DNA of 64,000 nt from Candidatus Magasanikbacteria bacterium RIFCSPHIGHO2_02_FULL_48_18 (GTDB lineage: Bacteria > Patescibacteriota > Patescibacteriia > Magasanikbacterales > UBA922), in assembly GCA_001784285.1 (NCBI GenBank), contig MFQC01000008.1:90599-154598 (forward strand). The letters are read 5' to 3'. The translations under genes were made by a program, and so were the position numbers. The notes below the pieces were generated by a model. It did not search any database. It worked only from the letters and a program-made list of their open reading frames with translations, and had not been told where the DNA came from. This document shows positions 49,708-59,518 of this stretch, piece after piece (the stretch's first letter is position 1; each line of letters opens with the position of its first letter).

Positions 49708-50076
49708 TCAGACGGGCGGCTCGGTCCCCTCGATGAACAAGAGGACCTTGTCTTGAGGGGAGAAAATACGGATCTTGTCCTCCCTGGTGCGCTGCGGAAT
49801 TGGTCCATAGATCTGGCGGGCGATGCCGGCCGCCGCGCCGGTGATCTTCACATAAACCGGCCATGCGAATGGGTCACCTCCATTCCAGACGGCGAAGACC
49901 GCATTGCTGGCCAGGAGACCAAACTTGGTCTCCTTTTGCACGGCGTAGAACTGGTCGGGTACGCCAGCGGTCAGTCTTCCGTCCTTGTCAGCGAGGTCCT
50001 CGCGCACCTTTTTTTTGATTCCATTGAAATAGACAGCCGCCCCCTGGTTGATTTCTCTGAATTTTTTTGTCGGCAC
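49708..50076 (-). CDS. Hypothetical protein (GC-rich)
   Basis: ORF with AAGGAG upstream of GTG and TTGACA-17-TATAAA (50149-50121). Confidence 0.6.
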   Translation of the reverse strand: MPTKKFREINQGAAVYFNGIKKKVREDLADKDGRLTAGVPDQFYAVQKETKFGLLASNAVFAVWNGGDPFAWPVYVKITGAAAGIARQIYGPIPQRTREDKIRIFSPQDKVLLFIEGTEPPV

Positions 50077-50199
50077 GACCTTCTCTCTCCTTGCCCATTT
50101 TGGGCGGTTGATTTGGTGGATTTATATACAAAAAAAAGTCTGCTGTCAAGAGGAAGGGAGGTTCGGACAAGATAGGTTGTTTTTGGTATACTTTGCCCC

Positions 50200-51003
50200 A
50201 TGTCATTCACAGCTAAAAAATATTTCACAACGTATAAAAATTCCCTGAGCCAATTTTTTCAATATCGGCTCAATTTGGGTTTGCTTGTGGTGAGCCATGT
50301 GGTGAGTTTGAGCGGTCTTATTTATTTGTGGATCGCGGTGTATGCGGCCGGGCAAACCGTAGGGACATATTCGCTTGAGCATATATTGGTGTATTACATT
50401 GTGTTGACTATTTTGCATATTACCATTTCGGAAGGGGTGGGGATGGGATTTGAAGTCTCGGATCATATCAAAGATGGCGTCGTGACGAATTATCTCGTCA
50501 AACCGTTCAGCTACTCCATTGAACGGCTGGTAAAAATGCTCGGGCAGGTGACGATCAATGTTTTTTTTATTATTCCGGTTATCGCAGTTCTTCTCATTAT
50601 CAAGCCGGACAGCATCCCATCGCCGTCTATCCTCCAATGGATGCAATTCGCAGGCATGGCGTTTATTGGCCTTCTGTTTTATTTTCTTTTGTATTATGCG
50701 GCCGCGCTGTCTTCTTTTTGGCTTCACCAGGGGCGTGCAATGGTATTTGCATTATTGTTGACGAGCAATTTGCTCAATGGTTCTCTTCTCCCGCTCGATA
50801 TGTTTCCGGACTGGTTTCAAAAATTGAGCCGCGTGTTGCCATTTACGTATTTGATTTTTTTGCCAATCCAAACCCTTCTCGGCCGGATTGAGGGGTGGGG
50901 ATTCTTGCTTTTGGTTGCGTGTCTCTGGGCTCTTGGCTTGTCTTTATTTATTTTTTTGATTTGGAAACGGGGAATTCGACGGTTTGAAGCGGTGGGAAGA
51001 TAA
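50200..51003 (+). CDS. ABC-2 family permease (DUF990 type A)
   Basis: QYR, IKDG...YLVKP, PLDMFP, LPF; ends FEAVGR. Confidence 0.85.
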   Translation: MSFTAKKYFTTYKNSLSQFFQYRLNLGLLVVSHVVSLSGLIYLWIAVYAAGQTVGTYSLEHILVYYIVLTILHITISEGVGMGFEVSDHIKDGVVTNYLVKPFSYSIERLVKMLGQVTINVFFIIPVIAVLLIIKPDSIPSPSILQWMQFAGMAFIGLLFYFLLYYAAALSSFWLHQGRAMVFALLLTSNLLNGSLLPLDMFPDWFQKLSRVLPFTYLIFLPIQTLLGRIEGWGFLLLVACLWALGLSLFIFLIWKRGIRRFEAVGR

Positions 51004-51018
51004 ATGTGAAGAAATTGT

Positions 51019-51807
51019 ATGACGAAGTATATACGATTATATGGCGCGTTTTTTCGCGCCAATTTCATGAAGGCGACTGCGTATCGAGGCAATTTTTGGC
51101 TGTATGTCCTATTGACCGCGCTCGAATCTATGACCGTCTATATTGCCATTGCGGTATTGTTTCTCCATGTAGAGACAATCGCGGGGTGGAGCTATCATGA
51201 CATGTTGGTTCTGAGTGGTATTTTTATTATCACGAACGGTTTGTCATGGATATTGTTTCGCGCGAGTGTGATGCAGTTGGATCAAATGATTACGAGCGGA
51301 GATTTGGATGGAAAACTCACAAAGCCGGTTGACGCACAGTTTTTGGTGTCGGTCGAGCGCATTGATATTGAAGACGTGGGGAGGTCCTTTGTGGGTATTG
51401 GCATACTGTGGCTCGGGCTTCGGGGAACGCCGCTGTTTTCGTTCGCGACCGCGTTGCCGTTTTTTTTGATTATGCTTGTTTCCGGACAGATTATTTTATA
51501 TAGCATTATGCTCCTCGTCAAAGTCATCAGTTTTGCGTCGATCCAAGGGTGGTCAACCAATGCAATTTCCTGGCGGTTTCATGACCTTTCTCGGTATCCC
51601 ACCGACATCTATACGGGTATGATGCGGGTGATCTACACCTTTGTTTTTCCGCTTGTTTTTATTGCAACCGTTCCGGCCAAGGCGCTCATTGGGCGATTGA
51701 CTATGCCATTCTTTTTTGGCTCGCTCGTTGCCGCCGCAATGAGTTTTGCCGTGGTTCGTTTTTTTTGGGTGCGAGCATTGCAAAAGTACACGAGCGCTTC
51801 AAGCTGA
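51019..51807 (+). CDS. ABC-2 family permease (DUF990 type B)
   Basis: YRGNF, IAGWS, GDLD..LTKP, RYPTDIY; ends YTSASS. Confidence 0.85.
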   Translation: MTKYIRLYGAFFRANFMKATAYRGNFWLYVLLTALESMTVYIAIAVLFLHVETIAGWSYHDMLVLSGIFIITNGLSWILFRASVMQLDQMITSGDLDGKLTKPVDAQFLVSVERIDIEDVGRSFVGIGILWLGLRGTPLFSFATALPFFLIMLVSGQIILYSIMLLVKVISFASIQGWSTNAISWRFHDLSRYPTDIYTGMMRVIYTFVFPLVFIATVPAKALIGRLTMPFFFGSLVAAAMSFAVVRFFWVRALQKYTSASS

Positions 51808-51816
51808 TTTTTTTCT

Positions 51817-52617
51817 ATGCGACCATATATCTCCGCTTTTCGCATGAGCTTGTCCGAACAGGTAACATACCGATTTGGATTTTTCTTTGCGCGTCTCCGC
51901 GGGCTGTTTGTGCTCGTCACTTTGTTTTTTGTGTGGTCGGCCGTGAGCATGAAAACCGGCTTTTTTGCCGGCTATTCGCGCGAGGAACTCATGACGTATG
52001 TGTTTGGCGCTCATATATTGCGTTCGCTGGTTTTTGGATCGCAATCGCGAAGAATCGCATCCGAAATTCATGATGGAACGTTTTCGCTTTTTTTGGTTCG
52101 GCCGGTGAATCATTTTCTTTTTTATTATGCGCGTGAGCTCTCGGAACGATTGCTCCTTGGTTTTTTTGCCGTTTTGGAAGTGGGTATCATAGTGGTTTTT
52201 TTTGATAGTACATTTCTTTTTCCCAGCCATCTCTCTGTTTTCTTTTTTGTCTTTCTGTCGGTATTTTTGTCGCATATGTTGTATTATTGCATGAGCTATG
52301 GCATGAGCATGCTCGCATTTTGGTCGCGCGAGGCCATGGGGCCGCGATTTCTTTTTGAGTGGATTTTGGAATTTTTGTCCGGCGCGTTTTTTCCAGTTTC
52401 GATTGTCGCCACCAATGTTGCTCTCGTTTTTTTGTTTTTTGCCCTTCCATTCATCTACCTTGTCTTTATGCCGCTCACGATCTATCTTGAGCGAGTGCCG
52501 GGGAATCAGCTGTTTCTTTCTTTTGTGTGGCAAGGGATGTGGATTGCGATTGTTGCGGGCCTTCTTCGCGCGCTATGGCGGCGGGGATTGAGGGCATATA
52601 CGGGGGAAGGGATATAG
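51817..52617 (+). CDS. ABC-2 family permease (DUF990 type A)
   Basis: TYR, EIHDG...FLVRP, SGAFFP, LPF; ends YTGEGI. Confidence 0.85.
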   Translation: MRPYISAFRMSLSEQVTYRFGFFFARLRGLFVLVTLFFVWSAVSMKTGFFAGYSREELMTYVFGAHILRSLVFGSQSRRIASEIHDGTFSLFLVRPVNHFLFYYARELSERLLLGFFAVLEVGIIVVFFDSTFLFPSHLSVFFFVFLSVFLSHMLYYCMSYGMSMLAFWSREAMGPRFLFEWILEFLSGAFFPVSIVATNVALVFLFFALPFIYLVFMPLTIYLERVPGNQLFLSFVWQGMWIAIVAGLLRALWRRGLRAYTGEGI

Positions 52618-52641
52618 GGATATACTGACAAATAGACATGT

Positions 52642-53421
52642 ATGAAATACGTTCGCGTGTGGGTCCAATTGGTTCATTGCGCATTTTCAAGTTATGCATC
52701 AAACCGCATTGATGCAGGTTCTTATTTTTTGGGCAAACTGATTCGTTTTGGCTTTTTTTGGCTGTTTTTTATTTCGCTTTTTCATTATACGGATTCTTTT
52801 GCCGGCTACACCAAGTGGGAAACGCTTCTCTTTTTTGTCACGTTCAATCTGGTGGATGTATTGGGCCAGGCATTGTTTCGCGGCATTTATTTATTTCGCA
52901 ACGATATACGCAAAGGAAATTTTGATTGTATTCTTGTGAAACCGCTCAATAGTCTTTTTTATATTCTTTCTCGCTTAACAGATATCCTGGATATTTTATT
53001 TTTGGCGCCGCTTGGTGTTGCATTGTGGTATGTGGTTATTCATTTGCCACCGCTTCCGGCCGCATCCTTTTTTTTGTATGCGTTATTTTTGTTCGTTGGC
53101 CTTGTCATTGTGCTTGGCATTCACATTCTTTCCGCCGCGCTCACCATATGGAGCATGGAAAGCGAGGGGATGATTTGGTTTTATCGCGACGCAACCGCGA
53201 TTGGGCGGTTTCCGCCGGAGATATTTTCCAAGCCCATTCAATTTGTTTTTACGTTTTGTTTGCCCATTATCGTCATGGTTGCGTTTCCAGTCAAAATGAT
53301 GCTTGGGGCGCTCCCGCTTTTTTGGGCCATGATGGGGTGTATTATTGCGTTGGTTTTTTTGATTGGAGCGCTTGTTTCGTGGCGCGTCAGTGTGAGGCGA
53401 TATTCCAGCGCTTCAAGTTAG
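52642..53421 (+). CDS. ABC-2 family permease (DUF990 type B)
   Basis: FAGYT, GNFD..LVKP, RFPPEIF; ends YSSASS. Confidence 0.85.
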   Translation: MKYVRVWVQLVHCAFSSYASNRIDAGSYFLGKLIRFGFFWLFFISLFHYTDSFAGYTKWETLLFFVTFNLVDVLGQALFRGIYLFRNDIRKGNFDCILVKPLNSLFYILSRLTDILDILFLAPLGVALWYVVIHLPPLPAASFFLYALFLFVGLVIVLGIHILSAALTIWSMESEGMIWFYRDATAIGRFPPEIFSKPIQFVFTFCLPIIVMVAFPVKMMLGALPLFWAMMGCIIALVFLIGALVSWRVSVRRYSSASS

Positions 53422-53424
53422 GAC

Positions 53425-54231
53425 ATGCATATGAGCATATCAAAATATTGGCAACTCAATAAAACGTTTCTCCAGCGCCATATTGCGTATCGCGCGCGGG
53501 TGAGTATTTGGATTATTGCGGATGTCGCCAATTTTTTGGTATTTCCGTTTGTGTGGCTCGCCGTCTATGGCTCGCGGGAAACGTTGGCCGGGTATGCCAA
53601 GGCGGACATGGTGACGTATTATATGGTGATTATGTTTATCAGCGTCGCATGCACGTCTCATATTTCCCGGCACATGAAAGACGATATTATCAAAGGAAAT
53701 TTGAATGCCATTTTGGTCCAGCCCATGCGATATTTATTTTTTCGCACCATTCACGAAGTAAGCTATCGTATTCTGGCGACAGGTATTGCTATAGCGCTTT
53801 TTGGCGCGGCATTTTTTCTTTTTCCCGCCTATATGCGGTTTCCATCGTCTCCGGCATCGCTGATTTTTTTTCTTCTTTCATTATTTTTTTCATTTTATTT
53901 TTCACACCTTATGCAATTGTTTGTGGGCTTATCGTCGTTTTGGCTTGGAGATAATACCGGGCCGGACCGTCTGCGCCATATCGTTGAAAAAGTTTTTTCC
54001 GGAGAAATTGCGCCACTGGTCTTTTTTCCGCCCCTTCTTCAATCCATCGCGGGTATATTGCCATTTCAATTTTTGTCATACGTTCCGGCGCAGATATTTG
54101 TCGGCCAGCTCACTATGCAAGAAATGCGGCATGTGGTGTTTATTGCATCCATGTGGGCGGCCGGATTAAGCGTGTTTGTCCTTTTTTTGTGGCGGCGAGG
54201 AGTGCGCCGGTATGATGGCGTTGGCATATGA
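53425..54231 (+). CDS. ABC-2 family permease (DUF990 type A)
   Basis: AYR, DIIKGNL..ILVQP, SGEIAPL, LPF; ends YDGVGI. Confidence 0.85.
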   Translation: MHMSISKYWQLNKTFLQRHIAYRARVSIWIIADVANFLVFPFVWLAVYGSRETLAGYAKADMVTYYMVIMFISVACTSHISRHMKDDIIKGNLNAILVQPMRYLFFRTIHEVSYRILATGIAIALFGAAFFLFPAYMRFPSSPASLIFFLLSLFFSFYFSHLMQLFVGLSSFWLGDNTGPDRLRHIVEKVFSGEIAPLVFFPPLLQSIAGILPFQFLSYVPAQIFVGQLTMQEMRHVVFIASMWAAGLSVFVLFLWRRGVRRYDGVGI

Positions 54232-55016
54232 AAACCTATTGGAACATCTATACAGTCTTTGTGCAAAACGGCGTGTCGTATCTTGCTCAATATCGCAAAG
54301 ACGCGTGGTGGAACGTTGCGGTCAATGTGTTGTGGGTGGGCATGCTCTTTTTGATTGTGGAAGTGATATTTTCTCAGACCGCGACCATTGTGGGATGGAA
54401 AAAAGAGGAAGTGTATCTGTTGACCATCCTCTGGACCATTGTGAGTGAAGCCTTTGTCATGATTTTTGGCGGCAATACCCAGCAGATTCCGCACATGATT
54501 ACCGACGGCGACCTGGATATTTTTCTCACCAAGCCGGCCAATACATTATTTTTGGTCAGCACCCGTTTTTTTCTGTTCCGCGCGTTTTACCGGCTTCTCG
54601 CGGACTTTGGTATTTTGGCATGGATTGTGTGGCGATTTGACGTTGGTGTCTCACTGCCGCATGCGGTTCTTGCTTTTTTTCTTGTTGTGTGCGGGATTAT
54701 AGTCCATTTTTCGATGACGCTTCTGGCCAATACGCTAAGTTTTTGGTTTTTGCGCATTGACAATGTCAATGACACCCTTGTGTCGCTCCACACCTTGGGG
54801 AGGTATCCAATCGATGTGTTTCCAAAAACACTGAAAATACTTCTTTTGACTGCGCTTCCTATGGCCTTTAGCGGATATATTCCGGTTGCCGTCCTTACCG
54901 GTCGGTGGCCGTGGTATGCGGTTGGGTATGCTGTGTGCTTTACGGCCGCATTTTTTTGCCTCGCAGTCCGGTTCTGGTCTTTTGCCCTGAAACGATATTC
55001 GAGCGCGTCGAGTTAG
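54228..55016 (+). CDS. ABC-2 family permease (DUF990 type B)
   Basis: QYR, IVGWK, GDLD.FLTKP, RYPIDVF; ends YSSASS. Confidence 0.85.
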   Translation: MKTYWNIYTVFVQNGVSYLAQYRKDAWWNVAVNVLWVGMLFLIVEVIFSQTATIVGWKKEEVYLLTILWTIVSEAFVMIFGGNTQQIPHMITDGDLDIFLTKPANTLFLVSTRFFLFRAFYRLLADFGILAWIVWRFDVGVSLPHAVLAFFLVVCGIIVHFSMTLLANTLSFWFLRIDNVNDTLVSLHTLGRYPIDVFPKTLKILLLTALPMAFSGYIPVAVLTGRWPWYAVGYAVCFTAAFFCLAVRFWSFALKRYSSASS

Positions 55017-55096
55017 CGCGAGACACCGTCAATTTTGCTCTATTCAGGCTAAAATGTTCATGGTATAGTACTGTGTACCTGCCTATTCTCTGTCTT

Positions 55097-56074
55097 ATGC
55101 CAATTATCAACGTCAACCATCTTTCAAAAACGTACGAATATTATAAAAAACAAGCCGGGCTTTGGAATTCAGTCAAAAGTCTTTTCCACAGAGAAAAATT
55201 GTTTACCGTAGCGGTGAACAATATCTCTTTTTCCATTGAAACCGGAGAAATGGTTGGTTTTTTGGGTCCAAACGGCGCAGGAAAGACGACGACCCTCAAA
55301 ATGCTTTCCGGCATCTTGTACCCCACGAGCGGCGAAGCATCGGTCTTGGGATATACGCCATGGAAGCGGCAGAAAGAATTTCAAAAACAGTTTGCCATTG
55401 TGATGGGACAAAAAAATCAGTTGTGGTGGGATTTGCCGGCAATGGAAAGCTTTATTTTGAACAAAGAGATTTATGAAGTGCCGGATGCGCAATTCAAGAA
55501 AACATTGGACGAATTGGCGGTATTGCTTGACATTACCGAAATTCTCGATGTGCAGGTGCGAAAATTATCCCTGGGCCAGCGCATGAAGTGCGAGCTCGTC
55601 GCCGCGCTCTTGCATTCGCCGAAAGTGCTGTTTTTGGACGAACCGACGATTGGGCTTGACGTTGTATCACAAAATAACATCCGAGAATTTTTAAAAAAAT
55701 ACAATCGAGAGAAACATGTCACCATTGTCCTCACATCGCATTATATGGAAGATGTCGAAGCATTGTGCGAGCGCGTGATCATTATTAATTATGGAGCACT
55801 GATGTACGATGGGGGTCTTGTGGAGTTATTGAACCGGTATATTGACCATAAATTGCTTGAGGTCACGTTTACCGAAAAAGTATCGGCGGATCAATTGAAA
55901 AAGTTGGGGAAAATCAAGGAACGGACCCCGCAACGCGTCGTGCTGGAAGTGCCAAAGTCAAACGCCAAGCATGTCGCCGCGTCTATGCTGACCCAGTTGC
56001 CGGTTGATGACATTCTTATCAACGAGGTGCCGATTGATGACGTCATTCGGAAAATATTTCAAGAAAAACGATAA
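55097..56074 (+). CDS. ABC transporter ATP-binding protein (partner of DUF990 permeases)
   Basis: GPNGAGKTT, GQKNQLWWDLP, LSLGQRMK, FLDEPTIGLD; start MPIINV. Confidence 0.93.
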   Translation: MPIINVNHLSKTYEYYKKQAGLWNSVKSLFHREKLFTVAVNNISFSIETGEMVGFLGPNGAGKTTTLKMLSGILYPTSGEASVLGYTPWKRQKEFQKQFAIVMGQKNQLWWDLPAMESFILNKEIYEVPDAQFKKTLDELAVLLDITEILDVQVRKLSLGQRMKCELVAALLHSPKVLFLDEPTIGLDVVSQNNIREFLKKYNREKHVTIVLTSHYMEDVEALCERVIIINYGALMYDGGLVELLNRYIDHKLLEVTFTEKVSADQLKKLGKIKERTPQRVVLEVPKSNAKHVAASMLTQLPVDDILINEVPIDDVIRKIFQEKR

Positions 56075-56078
56075 ATAT

Positions 56079-57140
56079 ATGCAGACAACCAATAAAATGA
56101 GCTTTGGAAAAATGCGGTCGGTATTTTTCTTTTTGCTCATCGTTCTCTTATCCATTGCAATGTTGTATTTGTTTCGGCCGTTTTTTTATCCCATTTTTTG
56201 GGCCGCGGTTATTGCCGTCATGTTTTATCCGTTTTATGCGTGGCTCAATCGGTATATCAAAGCAAAGGGATTCAATGTGTTTCTTACCATTATTCTCGTT
56301 ATTGCCGCGGTGCTCATGCCACTGTTGTTGGTTGGTATTTTGGTTGTGGACCAATCGATTGACGTGTACCGTTCCATCGATTCCGACGATTTGCGGGAAG
56401 CCTTGAACACGGCAAGCACATGGGTGGAAGGCACACCGTTTGGCCCGTATGCGGAAACGGTTCAGCGGGAATGGCCAGCCTACGCCAGCAAGGCCGCAAA
56501 AGGCATTAGCACTGCCATCTTTACGAGCGTGAAGAGTATTACGCAAAATTCCGTACGCTTTATTGTGATGCTCTTTATCATGTTTTATTCCCTGTATTAT
56601 TTTCTTCGCGATGGAAAACAGGCACTCCTCAGACTTATGCATCTCTCGCCGCTCGGCGATGTATATGAAGAAATGCTGTATGAACGGTTTACATCCACGG
56701 TCCGAGCAACTATGAAGAGCACGCTTATTGTAGGCGGTATTCAAGGAACAATTAGCGGCATTCTCTTTTGGATTGCCGGTGTTGAGGGGGCCTTTATCTG
56801 GGGAGTAATTATGATTATTCTCGCCATTATTCCCGCCGTTGGCCCGGCCCTTATTCTCGGTCCTGCGGCCATTATTATGCTTATTTTGGGCCAGGTGCCG
56901 CAGGGGCTCGTTCTTCTTTTTGGCGCGATTGTCGTGAGTCTTGTTGATAATTTTCTCCGTCCGATGTTTGTGGGAAAAGATATTGAGATGCATCCGCTGA
57001 TTGTTTTCTTCGCAACGCTTGGGGGCATTTTTCTCTTTGGGGTTTCAGGTTTTGTAATTGGTCCCATTATCGCCGCGCTGTATATTTCCATTATGTCAAT
57101 TTATGAGCATTATTATCGCAATGAATTGCAGAATAACTAG
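56079..57140 (+). CDS. AI-2E family transporter
   Basis: YYFLRDG, IIPAVG, DNFLRP, MHPL, GFVIGP. Confidence 0.9.
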   Translation: MQTTNKMSFGKMRSVFFFLLIVLLSIAMLYLFRPFFYPIFWAAVIAVMFYPFYAWLNRYIKAKGFNVFLTIILVIAAVLMPLLLVGILVVDQSIDVYRSIDSDDLREALNTASTWVEGTPFGPYAETVQREWPAYASKAAKGISTAIFTSVKSITQNSVRFIVMLFIMFYSLYYFLRDGKQALLRLMHLSPLGDVYEEMLYERFTSTVRATMKSTLIVGGIQGTISGILFWIAGVEGAFIWGVIMIILAIIPAVGPALILGPAAIIMLILGQVPQGLVLLFGAIVVSLVDNFLRPMFVGKDIEMHPLIVFFATLGGIFLFGVSGFVIGPIIAALYISIMSIYEHYYRNELQNN

Positions 57141-57153
57141 AAAAGTGCAGGAT

Positions 57154-58875
57154 TTATTGCCGCCAATAATACTCTATCATTTGGATAGTAAAGTTTTTGT
57201 CTTTGGCTTGTGGTATCAGTTCTTCGAGTTCAGAGCGCAGAATGGTTTCGTATAATTTGGATTTTGAAAAGTGAGCCCACTGGAAAGAGCCTGTGTAGTC
57301 GGTGAGAATTATTTTTCCTCCGCCATCTGGGAAATGATCTATCCAAACATGGTCCAATCTCACCTTCTTTTTCTTTAAGGTTTCATCTATTGCCTCTTTG
57401 AGGGCTTCGCCGGCGATGTCGGAAGACGCATTTTTTTGAAGTTCACGCAGTTCTTTTTTCATAGACTCGCTCAATTTTATTTCCTGTTCAAACATTTCTT
57501 CCGTATCGCCGAGGCTATCTTTAATCGTGTTTGTGCGGAAACGCCTTCCAGAATTTCCGACTGGTATTGCCGATTCATTTTTTACCAATCTTTGCCAATT
57601 GGCCACATTCGCTTTCACTTTTCCCGACCATATTTTCGTGCCGCTCGTCCCAAGAGCAGTGCGCAATTTTTTGGCTGCTTCTTTTGGATTCAGTTTTTTT
57701 AACTCTTCAATTTCATTGAGCTGTTTCATCAAATCAGCTTTTGCTTTTCGCATAGCGGCCATGTCCTGTTCTGCTTGTTTGATAATTTGTTCCAGATGCA
57801 ATGATTTTTCCGTTTTTTTAGCAAGAGCGAGCGAGCGCTCTATCTTTGCCTCGGCTTGCGCGAAGTGCTCCGTGAATTTTTCTATCCCTTTTTTGCTTGC
57901 CTTTACGCCGCCGCCTGCAACCGGAACAAAATCCAAAACCGTCATTATGGAATGCCCGAGAAAGCCGCTTAAGCCGCCGATTCGTGTCAGCGTATCCGCG
58001 GATGGATCCAAAAAAATCTCCAAATTCGCATTGGCTTCGGTGATGTTTTCTCTCGGATTTGGAATAAAAAAATTGAGGCTGTTGGACATTTTGGCTATGA
58101 TCAAAGAGGCAACTGGATTGATTGTTATTGTCATACGCTTGCTTCCCGTATTCTCTAAATCTTTGAATTTATTGAGAATCCAAGATTCTCCGATAGAAGA
58201 GGGGTCTTCAAAAGTTTTTCTGACTATAGCAAACGGGGCGAAGATGGATACTGTTGTGGCCTCTTCTTTAGTAAGAGTGTGTGCATTTCCAGTGGGATGA
58301 CCGTCGGCATCTTTGAGAGTGACGAGAGGTATTTTGCCGTCTTGACTGGTTCTGAGCCAGTTTGTGTGCGCGCTGTCGTCAAAAATTGAAATTTTGGTTT
58401 TACCATCGTCATCAGTCCATTGGACAAGGGAAAACCAATACGACGCGCCTAAAAAAAATTCAATAGTCGGCAGTATATCACCCCAATCCACCAATACAGC
58501 GGAGTATATACATGGAAGTTTTTCTAAGCGAACAGCAAAAACAATCCCAGCCGCTTGCAAGTCGCTGGGCAATTTTTCGTCGAGTTCAGCCATTTCGGAA
58601 AAAAAATTTGGCCGACGGGAAAATGTCTCGGTTTTAATAGCTTCTGTCAATGCCTCTAGGCCGGTCTCATCCTGGTTTATCTCTTCGTCACGCAGTAGAT
58701 ACGCTTCAAACTTTACCACATTCCATTCTTCGGCGATGTTATATATGCTTGCGTGAAATTTATTTGGTTCGGCAATAGAATAATTTATTTTGAAAGTTAC
58801 CTTGTATTCATCATCACCGTCATATGCCAGTTCTCCGCTCATGTTTAATGCTGAACGTTTATTTTTTTCTGACAT
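57154..58875 (-). CDS. Hypothetical protein; possible polymorphic toxin (pre-toxin-like segment, coiled coil, putative nuclease C-terminus)
   Basis: 573-aa ORF; LDFVPVAGGGVKASKKG; C-terminal RLD...LTDYT...H..K...Y. The CDS is solid and the function speculative. Confidence 0.7.
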   Translation of the reverse strand: MSEKNKRSALNMSGELAYDGDDEYKVTFKINYSIAEPNKFHASIYNIAEEWNVVKFEAYLLRDEEINQDETGLEALTEAIKTETFSRRPNFFSEMAELDEKLPSDLQAAGIVFAVRLEKLPCIYSAVLVDWGDILPTIEFFLGASYWFSLVQWTDDDGKTKISIFDDSAHTNWLRTSQDGKIPLVTLKDADGHPTGNAHTLTKEEATTVSIFAPFAIVRKTFEDPSSIGESWILNKFKDLENTGSKRMTITINPVASLIIAKMSNSLNFFIPNPRENITEANANLEIFLDPSADTLTRIGGLSGFLGHSIMTVLDFVPVAGGGVKASKKGIEKFTEHFAQAEAKIERSLALAKKTEKSLHLEQIIKQAEQDMAAMRKAKADLMKQLNEIEELKKLNPKEAAKKLRTALGTSGTKIWSGKVKANVANWQRLVKNESAIPVGNSGRRFRTNTIKDSLGDTEEMFEQEIKLSESMKKELRELQKNASSDIAGEALKEAIDETLKKKKVRLDHVWIDHFPDGGGKIILTDYTGSFQWAHFSKSKLYETILRSELEELIPQAKDKNFTIQMIEYYWRQ

Positions 58876-58880
58876 AGACG

Positions 58881-59486
58881 TTATGTATAATTTCTCGCCT
58901 CGGATGCGACCTCGGCAAGCAGAGTTTTATAAAAAACACAACCACCCGTTAACTTTATGGGCTGCTGTTTCAGGGTGATAGGGAAGACAAGTGTTTTTTT
59001 GTTTTTCAGCCACACGAAATCCACCGTGAGTTTGCGAGCCGCTGACGCAAATTTTGGAATTTTAAGAATGTACTCATACCTGCCAGGCTCTTTTGATTCG
59101 CTTTTCCCTTTATCAAATTCAAGGGCCACCCGAGTGACGCCGACATAAGCGCTGTTTGATGATTGACCCTCCGCCACATCCATGAAACCCAAATTCATAG
59201 ACCACGATAAAAGCGCAAGTCCTGCGGGATCAGATCTTTTAAGCATTTTGATGTTGGCGCGCGCTATATGTGGATTGTAGTCTTCTCCAAAGCATATTTT
59301 TATTTTTCCATCGTCTTGAATTTCAAGAGAGGGCGAGAAAGAGATTTCTCCTTTCAGAAGAGCGTTCCCGTCGCCTATAATTCCACCATCATCCAAAAGT
59401 GGCGTATTTCCATACGTGATGGTAAATTTTTTTGCAGTAGGAGAATATCTCATGCCGGCGATCCAAACCGATTTTTTTTGAGGCAT
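58881..59486 (-). CDS. Hypothetical protein (201 aa), probably leaderless
   Basis: ORF; TGcTATACT (59502-59494) ends 7 nt before the ATG. Confidence 0.7.
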   Translation of the reverse strand: MPQKKSVWIAGMRYSPTAKKFTITYGNTPLLDDGGIIGDGNALLKGEISFSPSLEIQDDGKIKICFGEDYNPHIARANIKMLKRSDPAGLALLSWSMNLGFMDVAEGQSSNSAYVGVTRVALEFDKGKSESKEPGRYEYILKIPKFASAARKLTVDFVWLKNKKTLVFPITLKQQPIKLTGGCVFYKTLLAEVASEARNYT

Positions 59487-59518
59487 ATAGTATAGTATAG
59501 CACAAAGACTATTGTTCT

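Noticed and set aside
57141-57170. attR duplication of the tRNA-Leu 3' end
   Set aside because: Only a 5-nt match (TGCCG), which is not significant
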